Shown here: in pieces, positions 30,205 to 40,679 of the stretch
How positions within the stretch are numbered: position 1 is the stretch's first letter
How the letters are laid out: each line of letters opens with the position of its first letter
DNA from: an uncultured Poribacteria bacterium
Lineage (GTDB): Bacteria; Poribacteria; WGA-4E; WGA-3G
Reading direction: 5' to 3'
Assembly: GCA_958296135.2 (NCBI GenBank)
Contig: CATQHZ020000001.1
Span: forward strand, 3,456,001-3,520,000
Length of the DNA: 64,000 nt
Notes under the pieces: model-generated
Database searches by the model: none
The model's input: the letters and a program-made list of their open reading frames with translations, nothing else
Told to the model about the DNA's origin: nothing
Translations under genes and position numbers: made by a program

Positions 30205-30519
30205 ATGATAACGACAACCACACACAACATTGAAGGACGGCAGATTACGGAATACCTCGGCATCGTGACCGGGGAAGCCATCATGGGCGCGAACGTTTTT
30301 CGCGATTTCCTCGCCGGAATTACCGACTTAGTCGGCGGCCGGTCTGGAACCTACGAGAGCAAACTCGCCGATGGACGTGAAACGGCCCTTCGCGAGATGC
30401 AACAATTCGCGCAGCAACGCGGCGCACACGCTGTTGTCGGCGTTGACATTGACTACGAAGTCATCGGTGACAGCATGTTGATGGTGAGCGCAAGCGGCAC
30501 CGCCGTTAAAGTTCAGTAA
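30205..30519 (+). CDS. YbjQ/UPF0145 family protein
   Basis: MITTTT..IEG..I.EYLGIV.GE, GGRS..YE and VSASGTAV; AAGGAG RBS. Confidence 0.9.
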   Translation: MITTTTHNIEGRQITEYLGIVTGEAIMGANVFRDFLAGITDLVGGRSGTYESKLADGRETALREMQQFAQQRGAHAVVGVDIDYEVIGDSMLMVSASGTAVKVQ

Positions 30520-30619
30520 GCGAGAAGTGACTGCAGATTCTCGCGCACGGGAGGATGTCTATATCCTCCCGCCGCCACAGAAAATGACAGCCCCCGCACC
30601 ATCTACGAGGAAACGCAGC

Positions 30620-31786
30620 ATGAAAAAATGGAAAATCTTTTGTCTCACATGCCTTCTCGCCTCCGTTATCCTAACGGTTTGGCGCGCAGAAGGCTACATC
30701 AAACGACGTTATACCGTCGAACAAATCGTTGAAGAATGCTCCAACATCGTCTTCTGCACCGTGACAGAGATGAACGCCAAACGGCTAACGGTGAAACTCA
30801 AGGTGGAAAAGAACCTCAAAGGCCAGAGCGAATTTGAGGTAATCCAACTTCGGCTTGACGTTGGGCAAGCGAACTACCCCCAAAAAGTGCTGAAGTTGCT
30901 CACGCATGACACACCCGTGCTCGTCTTTTACGCGAAAGAGGGAGCGCGACTCGACAGTTTGGTGCATGCAAACGGCACCTGGTTCCAAGTGAAAGGGCAA
31001 GACCGGCGGGATAAAAGCAAAGTATGGTGGGGACTGACGCACATCGAAAAATATCTGAACGAGAGCCAGTCTTCCAAACGAACGTCAACCCCGAAGTTTC
31101 AGGAAGAATTGAAAGCGATGTTGCGCGAGCAGCCAGCAGCGCTAACAACAAAATTTCCCAACTCGGGCGCGACGCGACTCCTCTTGCTCAGGGCGAACAC
31201 GCACCGTGTTGAACACCAAGCGATTTCGCGCCTTGCGCGCGAACGACATCTCGCCTACGATGATACCGGCGACCGGAGTTTGCCGGGGCTCAGCAGCGCG
31301 AACATCTTGTGGCTCGGCTTCCGAGCACTCTCTGCAGACAAATATCGCCTCCATGCCCGCCAAGAAAAGCGCATCAGAGACTTCGTCAGAAACGGCGGCG
31401 TTGTCATCGTCTCCGGACAAGACAGCGATGAAAATCGGCCCTGTGAGACTGGCTGGCTGCCAGAGCCGCTCCGCGGCGTAGAAAGCCCAGCACGGAACGC
31501 TTTCAAACCGACAGCAGAAGCAGGACACCTCTTCAAGCAACCGAACCGCATCCGTTCCGGGAAAATCGCAATAGACGATGGATGGAACAGGTGGAACAAA
31601 AAATATAAGGTGCTCGCAACAACCGATAACGGGAAGGAAATCGTCGTGGCAACGCTGAAACATGGAAAAGGCATGTATCTCATCACGAGTCTTCACAACC
31701 GAACGGAATCCAACGTCTCTCGCAACAGGGCGATGCTGGAGAACCTGTTGCATTTCGCCCTTGAATTTCTGGCGGAGTCCCAATAG
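30620..31786 (+). CDS. Secreted hypothetical protein with C-terminal GATase-like domain
   Basis: Signal peptide MKKWKIFCLTCLLASVIL; IRDFVRNGGVVIV and HGKGMYLIT...LENLL. Confidence 0.7.
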   Translation: MKKWKIFCLTCLLASVILTVWRAEGYIKRRYTVEQIVEECSNIVFCTVTEMNAKRLTVKLKVEKNLKGQSEFEVIQLRLDVGQANYPQKVLKLLTHDTPVLVFYAKEGARLDSLVHANGTWFQVKGQDRRDKSKVWWGLTHIEKYLNESQSSKRTSTPKFQEELKAMLREQPAALTTKFPNSGATRLLLLRANTHRVEHQAISRLARERHLAYDDTGDRSLPGLSSANILWLGFRALSADKYRLHARQEKRIRDFVRNGGVVIVSGQDSDENRPCETGWLPEPLRGVESPARNAFKPTAEAGHLFKQPNRIRSGKIAIDDGWNRWNKKYKVLATTDNGKEIVVATLKHGKGMYLITSLHNRTESNVSRNRAMLENLLHFALEFLAESQ

Positions 31787-31802
31787 GCAGAGGAGATGCA
31801 CC

Positions 31803-33347
31803 ATGAGAAAAATCATTCCAATGCTTTCACTGATGAGCCTCCTCGCTTTGACAAACTTCGCAAGGCCCGCCGAAGCTGTGATTCCCCAGTTGCTCGGACC
31901 GCTGTCAGCTCTCCTCGGCCTGATTCCGCAGATTCTCGCGTTTGTCGGCATTGCGGTTATCACCGCACTCGTGTTTGCGCGAGAGACAGTGAAGATGCTC
32001 TTTTACCGGTTGCGAGACTTCGCCGCCGCGCATAAAGTCATCGCATCGGTGCTGAGTCTGATTGTCCTCTCCGGGCTCGCATGGGGCACTTATCAACTTG
32101 TCACGATGTCATTACAACCAGCATCGACTGCGCGCTTACACGTTACACAGCGCACCGTGCATACCGGCACAGAGGCAATGCATCCATGGATAACATTCCG
32201 CGGCAGCGCAGGACGCACAGGGCATACTGATGAACGCCCCGGGCCGACTGGCGGCAACTTCGTGTGGATTTGCACGGCACCCGGTTCAGTGGCAGTCGAT
32301 TTTTCTTCATCGCCCGCGGTTGTCGGCAATCGGCTCTATATCGGGGCATCTCAAGGCTCAATTTTCTCAATCGGCGGCGCAACTTATTGCATCGACGCTG
32401 ATACCGGTGAAGTGCTCTGGCGACACGATTCCGACATTCCCATTTTCTCTTCGCCTGCCGTCGCAGGCGGCCGCGTCTACATCGGCGAAGGATATCACCA
32501 AGATAGCGGGTGTCACCTCAGCTGCCTCGATGCGAAGAACGGGGAACTGATATGGCGTTTTCAGACACAAAGTCACGTGGAGTCAACGCCTTTCATCAGT
32601 CAAGGAAAACTCTACTTCACCGCCGGCGCGGATGGCGTGTATTGCATCGATGCACTGGAAGGAAAGAAAATTTGGCATTATCCCGATGTCCACGCCGACA
32701 TGTCGCCTGTCGTCCACAGCGGAAAAGCCTACTTCGGGACCGGCTACGGCGATTATCGCGTGTACGCCCTTGATGCACAGACAGGCGAAGAAATCTGGAC
32801 GAAACCGATGGCGTACCCGGTGTGGGGAAGCCCAAGTGTCCACGAAAACCTCGTTCTCTTTGGGATGGGAACTGGAAATTTCTCTGAAAGCGCGCCGGTG
32901 CCGAAGGGGAAAGTCGTCGCCGTTAACGCCGAGACAGGGGAAACCGCGTGGGAATACGAAGCAAAAGATGCTGTCCACACAGCCATCGCTAGCCGCAACG
33001 GGAAAACGGTTTTCGGCTCACGCGATGGACACGTCTACACACTCTCGGCAACCGACGGAGAACTCCTCTGGAAAACCACCCTTGGAAGTCCTATTGTCTC
33101 CTCGCCAGCTGTCACAATGGATACGGTTTACGTGGGGAGCACCCATGGACGTGTCTACGCGCTTTCCGTTGATACCGGCAAAGTGCAATGGGAATTTGAT
33201 GTCCGGCATTTTGACGGTGCTACGCGCGGCATTCAACTTTATTCATCCCCTGCTATTGCCAACGGGCGGCTCTACATCGGCTCAAGTAGCCGGTATATTT
33301 TTTGTTTGGGAGACACGGCACCCACGCAAATCCCCGCCGACCGGTAG
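31803..33347 (+). CDS. Membrane-anchored PQQ-binding-like beta-propeller protein
   Basis: N-terminal hydrophobic helices, then repeated SSPAV...LYIG and A..TGE..W blades. Confidence 0.88.
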   Translation: MRKIIPMLSLMSLLALTNFARPAEAVIPQLLGPLSALLGLIPQILAFVGIAVITALVFARETVKMLFYRLRDFAAAHKVIASVLSLIVLSGLAWGTYQLVTMSLQPASTARLHVTQRTVHTGTEAMHPWITFRGSAGRTGHTDERPGPTGGNFVWICTAPGSVAVDFSSSPAVVGNRLYIGASQGSIFSIGGATYCIDADTGEVLWRHDSDIPIFSSPAVAGGRVYIGEGYHQDSGCHLSCLDAKNGELIWRFQTQSHVESTPFISQGKLYFTAGADGVYCIDALEGKKIWHYPDVHADMSPVVHSGKAYFGTGYGDYRVYALDAQTGEEIWTKPMAYPVWGSPSVHENLVLFGMGTGNFSESAPVPKGKVVAVNAETGETAWEYEAKDAVHTAIASRNGKTVFGSRDGHVYTLSATDGELLWKTTLGSPIVSSPAVTMDTVYVGSTHGRVYALSVDTGKVQWEFDVRHFDGATRGIQLYSSPAIANGRLYIGSSSRYIFCLGDTAPTQIPADR

Positions 33348-33472
33348 AGAGCCTAGGTAACAGGCAGGCTATTATCCAAAACCCAGCCGCTCAGTCCCGT
33401 AGGGCGAGGGAAAACCCGGCGACGCGAATCGCCGAGGGTGTCCCTCGCCATCGTGAAACATCGCGGGGGACA

Positions 33473-33571
33473 GTGGACATCTCTGCAGCGAGGCGGCAGA
33501 GAGGACAACGTTAAAGGTGGCGTGTTTACGCGGGGCGACACACGCACGTTTGCTGTAGGCGTGACCGTAAC
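33473..33571. mobile_element. REP-loop-inserted mini-element, 99-bp form with one internal unit
   Basis: GTGGACATCTCTGCAG...CGTAAC between GGGGGACA and GGCCCCCGCGCTAC. Confidence 0.7.
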
Positions 33572-33704
33572 GGCCCCCGCGCTACGGCAGGCGCACGCTG
33601 GCGGCGAGGCCGTCACGGTCATGCCTACAGAAAACTACCTTATCCCACCCCGTTCTAAGCGGGTTATCTGAACTCAAACAGGCCAAAATCAAAGGAGCAT
33701 CAAA

Positions 33705-34532
33705 ATGAAAAACTTAATTTTTCTCATGGCACTCGTCATGATTACCGCCGCCTCTGTCAATGCGCAGTGGCGGAGCAAAACGCACGATGTCTACAACGCG
33801 CTCACAGGCGTAGAAGTCGAAATTGACGGCGACCTGGGCGAATGGGACGGCATCATGGAATCCGTCACCGGCACCGATGGAACCCCATTCTGTGGTGTGG
33901 AATATCAAGGCAATGTCTTCCAAGAACACGACGGCGGCAAGTGGAAAGGTGCCGATGACCACGAGACGTGTTTCATGATAGTCTGGGATGAAAAGGCAGT
34001 TTATCTCGGCCTCATCGTTACCGATGACGAGCATGAACACGCAGCGGATGACGCATGGAACGGCGATGGCGCGCAACTCGCTTTTGAAATGAGTGGCAAC
34101 CGGAAGCCCGGACTGCCCATGTGGCTCTACAACATCGGCTTAGACGATAAAGCCGAGAACATCCTCCCGGGCGCGTTGAACGAAAACCCCGGCGGCGCAG
34201 GTATCGTCCCAGACGATGACATCGTCATCATCCGAGACGAAGCGGAGAAGAAAACCTACTACGAACTTCGGTTCACCGCAGAGGAATTGCAGGTGAAAGG
34301 CAAAAAGTTCAGCGCAGGGTTTGAATTCGGACTCGGCATCTGCGTCAACGATGGCGACAAAGGTGCCGGACAAGACGGCCAGAAGGGATGGAGCGGGTGG
34401 TATACGCACGCCATCGTCTTCGGGAAAAACTCCGAACATACGGGGCTCGTCAAACTCACCGCTGAGAAAGCCGCCGTTGAACTGAGGGACAAACTAACGA
34501 CGACGTGGGCATTGCTAAAATCCGCGCGATAA
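33705..34532 (+). CDS. Secreted CBM9/DOMON-like sugar-binding protein with C-terminal V..K....W..LK motif
   Basis: Signal peptide; IDGDLGEW, WDEKAVYL, WNGDG and VNDGD; ends VELRDKLTTTWALLKSAR. Confidence 0.8.
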   Translation: MKNLIFLMALVMITAASVNAQWRSKTHDVYNALTGVEVEIDGDLGEWDGIMESVTGTDGTPFCGVEYQGNVFQEHDGGKWKGADDHETCFMIVWDEKAVYLGLIVTDDEHEHAADDAWNGDGAQLAFEMSGNRKPGLPMWLYNIGLDDKAENILPGALNENPGGAGIVPDDDIVIIRDEAEKKTYYELRFTAEELQVKGKKFSAGFEFGLGICVNDGDKGAGQDGQKGWSGWYTHAIVFGKNSEHTGLVKLTAEKAAVELRDKLTTTWALLKSAR

Positions 34533-34630
34533 AGGAAACCCTCTTTAGGTCCTAGCGGACCTAAAGAGACGTTTTTCAAGCAAGGCATGGCTGCCATGTG
34601 GCCGCGCCAAAATGCCCCGCCGACTGAAAC

Positions 34631-35662
34631 CTAATGCGCATGATGCGCCGCCTTGTGGTAATGCAACCGCAGCAAATCCACCCCAAAATCATCGGCGATG
34701 TGCCGCCAAACCGAGTGGATATGGTTCGCATCGTTCTGCGTGTTATCGTATTCCACAAAGAAAAACGGGCCGTGGAGACGGTAATAGTGCGGCATCCCGC
34801 GCGCCTCGCCGCCTGCCCACGCAAAATGAATATCGTTGACGCTGCCCTCGCGCAGCTTGCGATGCTCAATCGCCGCTACCTCGTCAGGGAGCCGGTCGAT
34901 GTATTCATGCACCAACTTCATCAAAACCTCGCGCTGATGCGTCTCCATGGAGTCAGCGGGCAGTCCCTCCACCGCGTCAAACGCAACTTTCGGCACATCG
35001 CGCGTCAAAATATCGGACGGTGCATCCGCATCGATGATGCTCCGCTCCTTCTGCTCAGTACTGAGCGTGCCGAGAAGTTCCCGCGCGATATCTTCTTCCG
35101 CCGCAAGCACCCGCAATCCCTTCTTGTCGCCGGACGGTACCTCCGCCGGGTTAGAACCGAAGAAGAACGGGTTCGGCGAAATCAACTCGCGATTGACGAC
35201 AGTGAAATTGAGAGAAACGTGATGCCCCTCGGCGCGCCAACCCCAAGCACCATTGCCGCCCGGGTCACCGAACACCGTAAAAAAGTAGGATGCCGGATCG
35301 CGAGCAAGTCTCGCCTGCCCAGCCGCTCGCTCAATCTCCCCAAGCGTCGTCTCCAAATTGATAATCGCGCGTGCTTTCTTATACCCACCCGCGCTGAGCC
35401 CGCTCTCCAGCAGCGCAAAGGCGGCTCCCTGCTGTGTCGCGTTCAATTCCTTGAGCGAGACACCCTTCCGTTCCCACATCTCAACCGGAATATAGTGCCA
35501 CCGGAACCGTTCGTTCCCATCAAACGAAAGAGCCGCCTGTTCGCGGAGAGGCGGTGTCAGCGTATCCAAAAAATGCATCGCCGCTTGTGCCATCTGCGCG
35601 GCGGTTTCCGATGCCGGAATCACCAGCGGTGCGGGCATCGCATGCGTATGTGTCTGTGCCAT
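34631..35662 (-). CDS. DUF3500 domain protein
   Basis: WHYIP, YFFTVFGDP, WGWRAEGHHVSLN and EYDNTQNDANHIHSVWR. Confidence 0.88.
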   Translation of the reverse strand: MAQTHTHAMPAPLVIPASETAAQMAQAAMHFLDTLTPPLREQAALSFDGNERFRWHYIPVEMWERKGVSLKELNATQQGAAFALLESGLSAGGYKKARAIINLETTLGEIERAAGQARLARDPASYFFTVFGDPGGNGAWGWRAEGHHVSLNFTVVNRELISPNPFFFGSNPAEVPSGDKKGLRVLAAEEDIARELLGTLSTEQKERSIIDADAPSDILTRDVPKVAFDAVEGLPADSMETHQREVLMKLVHEYIDRLPDEVAAIEHRKLREGSVNDIHFAWAGGEARGMPHYYRLHGPFFFVEYDNTQNDANHIHSVWRHIADDFGVDLLRLHYHKAAHHAH

Positions 35663-35764
35663 GATGAAAGATCTCCTTTAATAGTATTTTTTATTGTAAA
35701 CGAAAGCCGTTTGCAAATCAAGAAAATTTCTGTCTGAATCAGGATGTAGAGCCAGAATGGCGAA

Positions 35765-36700
35765 AGCGGGCCCTTTTCACCGTAGCCCGGTGGGCCCTTT
35801 TCACCGTAGCGCGAGGGCCTGTCGGCCGCGAGCGGTTCCTAGCACCGTCGCGCGAGGGCCTGTCCCTCGCGATCGCTCGACCGACAAGAAAGGCACCTTT
35901 TCACCGTCGCGCGAGGGCTTGTGCCTCGCGATCCCTCGACCGTGAAGGGGGGGGGCGGTTTTTTCCTTGCGCGGGGCTTCGCGAGGGACAGTGGACATCT
36001 CTGCAGCGAGGCGGCAGAGATGACAACGTTTCGGCGTAACGGCCCTCGCGCTACGGTTCAAAGGGGCCGTCGGTGAAAAGGGCCCCTTAGTCCGTAGGGC
36101 GCGGTCCTGTGCCGCGCCATGCATCGGTCTATCAAAAGAGATCGCGAGGCACAAGACCTCGCGCTACGGTGAAAGGGGCCGTTTTGTGTGGTCGAGAGAT
36201 CGCGAGGGACAGGCCCTCGCGCTACGGTAGAAGGGGCCCCTCAGTCCGTAGGGCGAGGTCCTGTGCCGCGCCATGCTTCGGTCTATCAAAAGAGATCGCG
36301 AGGGACAGGCCCTCGCGCTACGGTAGAAGGGGCCCCTGAGTCCGTAGGGCGAGGGCCTGTGCCGCGCCATGCATCGGTCAATCAAGGGGCTTCGCGAGGC
36401 ACAGGTTGTCCAGCGCGCGATGGTGAAAAAGCCCCTTAGTCCGTAGGGCGCGGTCCTGTGCCGCGCCATGCATCGGTCAATCAAGGGGCTTCGCGAGGGA
36501 CAGGCCCTCGCGCGACGGTGAAAGGGGCCGGTTTGTGTGGGTCGAGAGATCGCGAGGGACAGGCCCTCGCGCTACGGTTCAAAGGGGCCGTCGGTGAAAA
36601 GGGCCCCTTAGTCCGTAGGGCGCGGTCCTGTGCCGCGCCATGCCGCGGTCTATCAAGGGGCTTCGCGAGGCACAAGACCTCGCGCTACGATGAAAGGGGC
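35765..36700. repeat. BIME-like REP array (array C), mostly the reverse complement of array B units
   Basis: Repeated CCTTAGTCCGTAGGGCGCGGTCCTGTGCCGCGCCATGCATCGGTC and CGCGAGGGACAGGCCCTCGCGCTAC. Confidence 0.85.
35991..36040. mobile_element. REP-loop-inserted mini-element, 50-bp form
   Basis: GTGGACATCTCTGCAG...TTTCGGCGTAAC between GAGGGACA and GGCCCTCGCGCTAC. Confidence 0.7.
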
Positions 36701-36724
36701 CCAACGGGAAAACAGATTTTTAAT

Positions 36725-36753
36725 TGGACAAAAACGCGAAAATAGGGTACTAT
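36725..36753 (+). promoter_or_regulatory. sigma70-like promoter of paralogue 2
   Basis: TGGACA-N17-TACTAT. The spacer AAAACGCGAAAATAGGG nearly matches that of the 17226-17198 promoter. Confidence 0.65.
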
Positions 36754-36811
36754 ATAGATAATGTTTTATGTCGCTCTCATTTTCACTCCGAAACAATAAG
36801 GAGAAAAACTC

Positions 36812-39800
36812 ATGAAATATCTATCAACTCTCACCCTAGCGGCACCCATTGGCCGCTTGAAGACTGCTGTCACCGCGTTGCTGCCAAAGCTGTGCGCGTT
36901 TGCGCGTTGCGGTGCTGATGCCACCCGATTTACCCCCCCCCTTGCTCTACGTCCGTTAACCTATGAGCCGCACGGCGGCACGGACACGCCACGCTTACCG
37001 CGAAACCGACACGTTTCCACGGGGAGCCTGCTGCTTTGGTTCGCACTGCTCACATTGTTTGCACTCCCGATGGAGACAGCGGCGCAATCCTGGTCCTTCA
37101 AAATCAATTGGATCCGGGTCTATAAAAATCCGAAGACTACGCCTTACGCCACGCTGCTAGCAGAAAAGAAGGTGCTCGGTAGATCGCGGTTGGGAAAGCT
37201 TATGAGTGGCACCAGAGTCAATTCTTTCCCGTTCCCTCATGTTATCAATCCGGGTGACGGTTTTGCAGGAAAGAACGCGCCGCTTCTTCCTTCTTTGCAT
37301 CGGGTGAGTGTGCCTAGTAATGCGGATGTGCTTAGCGATAATGTGCAGGACCCGGATGCCCTTTTCTGGGTGGATTTCGATCCGTATGAGGGCTCCCTAT
37401 TTGATACCGGTGCCAACAGTGGGCTTGTCACCGCCACGGAAAACACCGTGGTGCGCCCTGGGGATCTAGTCGCGATTGCGGTGAACATCGAGACATCGGA
37501 TGGGGGTGGTAGCGTCTTCGCAGACATGGTACTCATGAAGGGCAAGCCGGAAGCGATGCGCCTCAACCCCAACTATATGCTGGATCACTATCTGCAGCGG
37601 GTTGGTGTGGATGCTGAAACTCTGGCGGATTTCACTGCACCTAATCGCCAGAATCCTGTACTCAGCGGCCATACCCACCCTGAGGTCTATAATGCCTACC
37701 TCTGGGGCCTCAGCATCTCCGGAAACCTTCGGGATACTCGCCAGCATACGCTCGTCTACCAGTTTCGGGTGGAAGCGAAGCATGTCGCGCTGAATGCAGA
37801 AGGTGCTTGGATGAAAGGCGGACCCGAGAACGTGAATCCGTTTAATGTCCCCTGGACTGGTAATGATACTTTTGGAGTGTTCACCTCCGCCGCGCTATTC
37901 AACAGCCGCTGCAACACCCAAGCCCCGGATATTGAGGATGAACCCATCAATGATCCTTGCCGGCCCACGTTTGACACCACCGATGCCGGGAAGGGGGGCC
38001 CTGTCTATTATCCGCGGATAGGTGACTACGAGGCGATAACGGAGATACTTGATGTCCCCACGGAGACCCAGACGGGGCCGTTTACCGTGACGCTGCGCTT
38101 CTATGAGGACTACGGTGACTACGGGCGCGTGTATGTGCGCCATGAGAGGAGTGATGCCTTTTTGGCGGCGTTTCAAACCAAACTGGCAGCCGGCGTGCAG
38201 CAAGGCACGGTGACTGATATTGAGCGACTGAGCGGGCAGTTCTCCGCTGATGGCGAGCTGCAGGAGTATACCCGCTACAAAGTCACCCTGACGCCGGGCT
38301 TAGCGCGCCGCGAGATGACAATAGAGGTGCCTGCTGACACGGTGTTTGACACTGGCGGCCGGGGCAATCAGGCCTCACGCCGCGTCACGGTGCCGGTAGA
38401 TACGGTGTTGCCGGCGTTGGTAGTGGTCCAGCCGCGGATAGCACCGGCGGCGGGCGTGTCTAGCCGCGTGGTCCAGCCGCGGATAGTTGCACCGGCGGCG
38501 GCGGGCGTGTATACCCGCGGGGACAAGATCACCGTTGAGGTGCCGTTTGCGACGGATGGGCTGACGTATGAAGGCGAGCATCCGCCGTATGTGAGGTTAT
38601 ATCTGGGCGAGCGGGTGCCGGCGAATGCGCGGGATGCCGTATGGCAGCGAGGCGAAGAGCGCTCGGGTTCCACGATTGTGCCGTTCGTGTATGTGGTGCA
38701 AGAGACAGATCCCTTTGCGTCTTCGGTGCATGCTGATGTGAGTCGGTTAGCGATTCCTCTAGGAACGCTGTTAGTTGTTCGTGATGCGGGTCGCGCGCGG
38801 CGGGGCGAAGACCGGCTGCCGGTAGGTGCGGGTGTTGTTGCGCCGCCGCTGTCCGATGCTGCAGGGGATGCTGCGTTTTTACTGACAGATGCGTTGGGTG
38901 GTGCGCCGCTGTCTGTGACGGCTGAGTATCCGGTTTGGCCGGTTTTTCCACCTGTCGTGGAGGAGACGGCACCGAAGTCAGCTGCGTCGGATGTGCCTCG
39001 CAGTCCGCTGGTTTTCAACGAGTTCGGCAATGGCAGTGGTGCTGCAAATGACTGGTTGGAGCTGCGGAATGTCACGGGTTCGGCGGTATCCCTAAAAGAC
39101 TATGAGCTCTCAATTGTGACCGATGGGCAAAAGGCAGACACGTCGCTCCTCGTTTTCGCGGATGTGAGTGTGCCTGCAAACGGCCTGCTGTTGGTAACAA
39201 ACAGCGCGCCGGAGAAAACGCCGCTGGCAGGCGGTGAGAAGAGAGGGTTGTCGCATGCGTTTTTGGCGGATGCGGGGCTCTCGCTGCCCGATGATGGGAA
39301 GTTCCTGTTGATTCTGCGGAATGCGAAGGAGAAACTCGGCATGAACGAGGCATTTGTCGATGTCGCCGGTGGCGGTGGCAGTGACACGGATGCGTTCGTT
39401 CGCGAGCAGACGGGCGACTACGATACGCACGTCTGGCCCCTGCAAGTCCTACAAGCTCCCGGTGGTGATACGGAAGACGCGCTGAGTTCGGGCAAGGTCT
39501 GGTTGCGCGCAAAAGCGGATATCGTTGGGTATCATAAAGATGCATGGGCAGCGGCGGCGTTTACCGGTATCGGCTATGATAGGAAGGTGACGAAGTCTGC
39601 TGCCACCGCAGGCACGCCGGGGTATCCGAATGGTGCCATGAAAACGGCAGCAGCTACGCCGAAGGGCAGTATCACTATCAGCGAAGTGATGTTTGATTCG
39701 GGTGGTGGCACGCTGCCGCAGTGGATAGAACTCTATAATGCCTCGAAAACGGAGGCACTGAATCTGAACCGGTGGCAGCTGGAGTTCCAGAACGTCGATT

Positions 39801-40657
39801 CGGAAGATTTGGTAGGCAGACCTATTGTGGCGTTGACGTTGCAGGAGAAGGTGATTCAGCCGAATCAGACGCTGCTGCTCGTCGCGGGTGCTGCGCGTGC
39901 CTCGTCGGCGGATGTTTTCCCGGCCGATAGGGTTTACAACCTGTTGGCACTGCATCAGAGGAACCTGCGCATCAAAACAGCGCGGGATACGTTCCTGAGC
40001 GCGGAAGGCTTCTACCTGAAGTTGACAGACAGCAACGGTAACCTCGTAGATGAAGTTGGCAACACCGATGGCAATCGTCGGACGAAGGATGCGCCGGCGT
40101 GGGCGTTACCGGTGAGCGTTGAGGCAGGCGTTCGGAGTTCGCTCATCCGCCGTTACAAGGATAACGTGGCGCGAGATGGGAAGGAGAAGGCCAGCTGGGT
40201 CTTGTCTGCGAACGTCCGGCAGGTTGCCACGGGCGAACTCCATTATGGGCATGCTGACGATATCGGCACGCCGGGGTATCGGAAAGGCGGTGCCTTGCCG
40301 GTGGAGTTATCAAGTTTCACCGTGGCGCGCACGGAGGCAGGTGCGGTTGTCGTGACATGGACGACTGAGTCTGAGGTGGATAACGCCGGGTTTAATCTGC
40401 GTCGGAGTGAGCGGCGCGATAGTGGATTTACGCTCTTGAATGCTGCGCTGATTGCGGGTGCCGGCACGACGGGTGAACGGCAAACGTATACGTTTACGGA
40501 TACGTCTGCGAAGCCGGGTGTTGCGTATTACTATCAGATTGAGGAGGTCGCGTTTGATGGCCGGCCGGAGACGTTAGTGACGCGTCGGTTGCGGGGCCCT
40601 GTGTCTGCGGCGCATCGGCAGTTGACGACGTTTGGTGCTGTGAAGCAGCAGAAATAA
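36812..40657 (+). CDS. Large secreted surface protein with lamin-tail-like domains and PVELSSF domain (paralogue 2); long leader contains a C9 tract
   Basis: AAGGAG RBS. The hydrophobic signal LLLWFALLTLFAL appears only after about 70 residues. The region 38960-40657 is highly similar to 14160-12436. Confidence 0.85.
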   Translation: MKYLSTLTLAAPIGRLKTAVTALLPKLCAFARCGADATRFTPPLALRPLTYEPHGGTDTPRLPRNRHVSTGSLLLWFALLTLFALPMETAAQSWSFKINWIRVYKNPKTTPYATLLAEKKVLGRSRLGKLMSGTRVNSFPFPHVINPGDGFAGKNAPLLPSLHRVSVPSNADVLSDNVQDPDALFWVDFDPYEGSLFDTGANSGLVTATENTVVRPGDLVAIAVNIETSDGGGSVFADMVLMKGKPEAMRLNPNYMLDHYLQRVGVDAETLADFTAPNRQNPVLSGHTHPEVYNAYLWGLSISGNLRDTRQHTLVYQFRVEAKHVALNAEGAWMKGGPENVNPFNVPWTGNDTFGVFTSAALFNSRCNTQAPDIEDEPINDPCRPTFDTTDAGKGGPVYYPRIGDYEAITEILDVPTETQTGPFTVTLRFYEDYGDYGRVYVRHERSDAFLAAFQTKLAAGVQQGTVTDIERLSGQFSADGELQEYTRYKVTLTPGLARREMTIEVPADTVFDTGGRGNQASRRVTVPVDTVLPALVVVQPRIAPAAGVSSRVVQPRIVAPAAAGVYTRGDKITVEVPFATDGLTYEGEHPPYVRLYLGERVPANARDAVWQRGEERSGSTIVPFVYVVQETDPFASSVHADVSRLAIPLGTLLVVRDAGRARRGEDRLPVGAGVVAPPLSDAAGDAAFLLTDALGGAPLSVTAEYPVWPVFPPVVEETAPKSAASDVPRSPLVFNEFGNGSGAANDWLELRNVTGSAVSLKDYELSIVTDGQKADTSLLVFADVSVPANGLLLVTNSAPEKTPLAGGEKRGLSHAFLADAGLSLPDDGKFLLILRNAKEKLGMNEAFVDVAGGGGSDTDAFVREQTGDYDTHVWPLQVLQAPGGDTEDALSSGKVWLRAKADIVGYHKDAWAAAAFTGIGYDRKVTKSAATAGTPGYPNGAMKTAAATPKGSITISEVMFDSGGGTLPQWIELYNASKTEALNLNRWQLEFQNVDSEDLVGRPIVALTLQEKVIQPNQTLLLVAGAARASSADVFPADRVYNLLALHQRNLRIKTARDTFLSAEGFYLKLTDSNGNLVDEVGNTDGNRRTKDAPAWALPVSVEAGVRSSLIRRYKDNVARDGKEKASWVLSANVRQVATGELHYGHADDIGTPGYRKGGALPVELSSFTVARTEAGAVVVTWTTESEVDNAGFNLRRSERRDSGFTLLNAALIAGAGTTGERQTYTFTDTSAKPGVAYYYQIEEVAFDGRPETLVTRRLRGPVSAAHRQLTTFGAVKQQK

Positions 40658-40679
40658 ACGGCGCGCGGGTTCTGTGCCT

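Noticed and set aside
33473-33571. Mini-element as a group II intron remnant (GTG...AAC ends)
   Set aside because: The 5' end is GTGGA rather than GTGYG, and no convincing domain V can be folded.
12436-40657. Diversity-generating retroelement acting on the two paralogues
   Set aside because: No reverse transcriptase is present, and the differences are not adenine-specific or confined to a short VR/TR pair.
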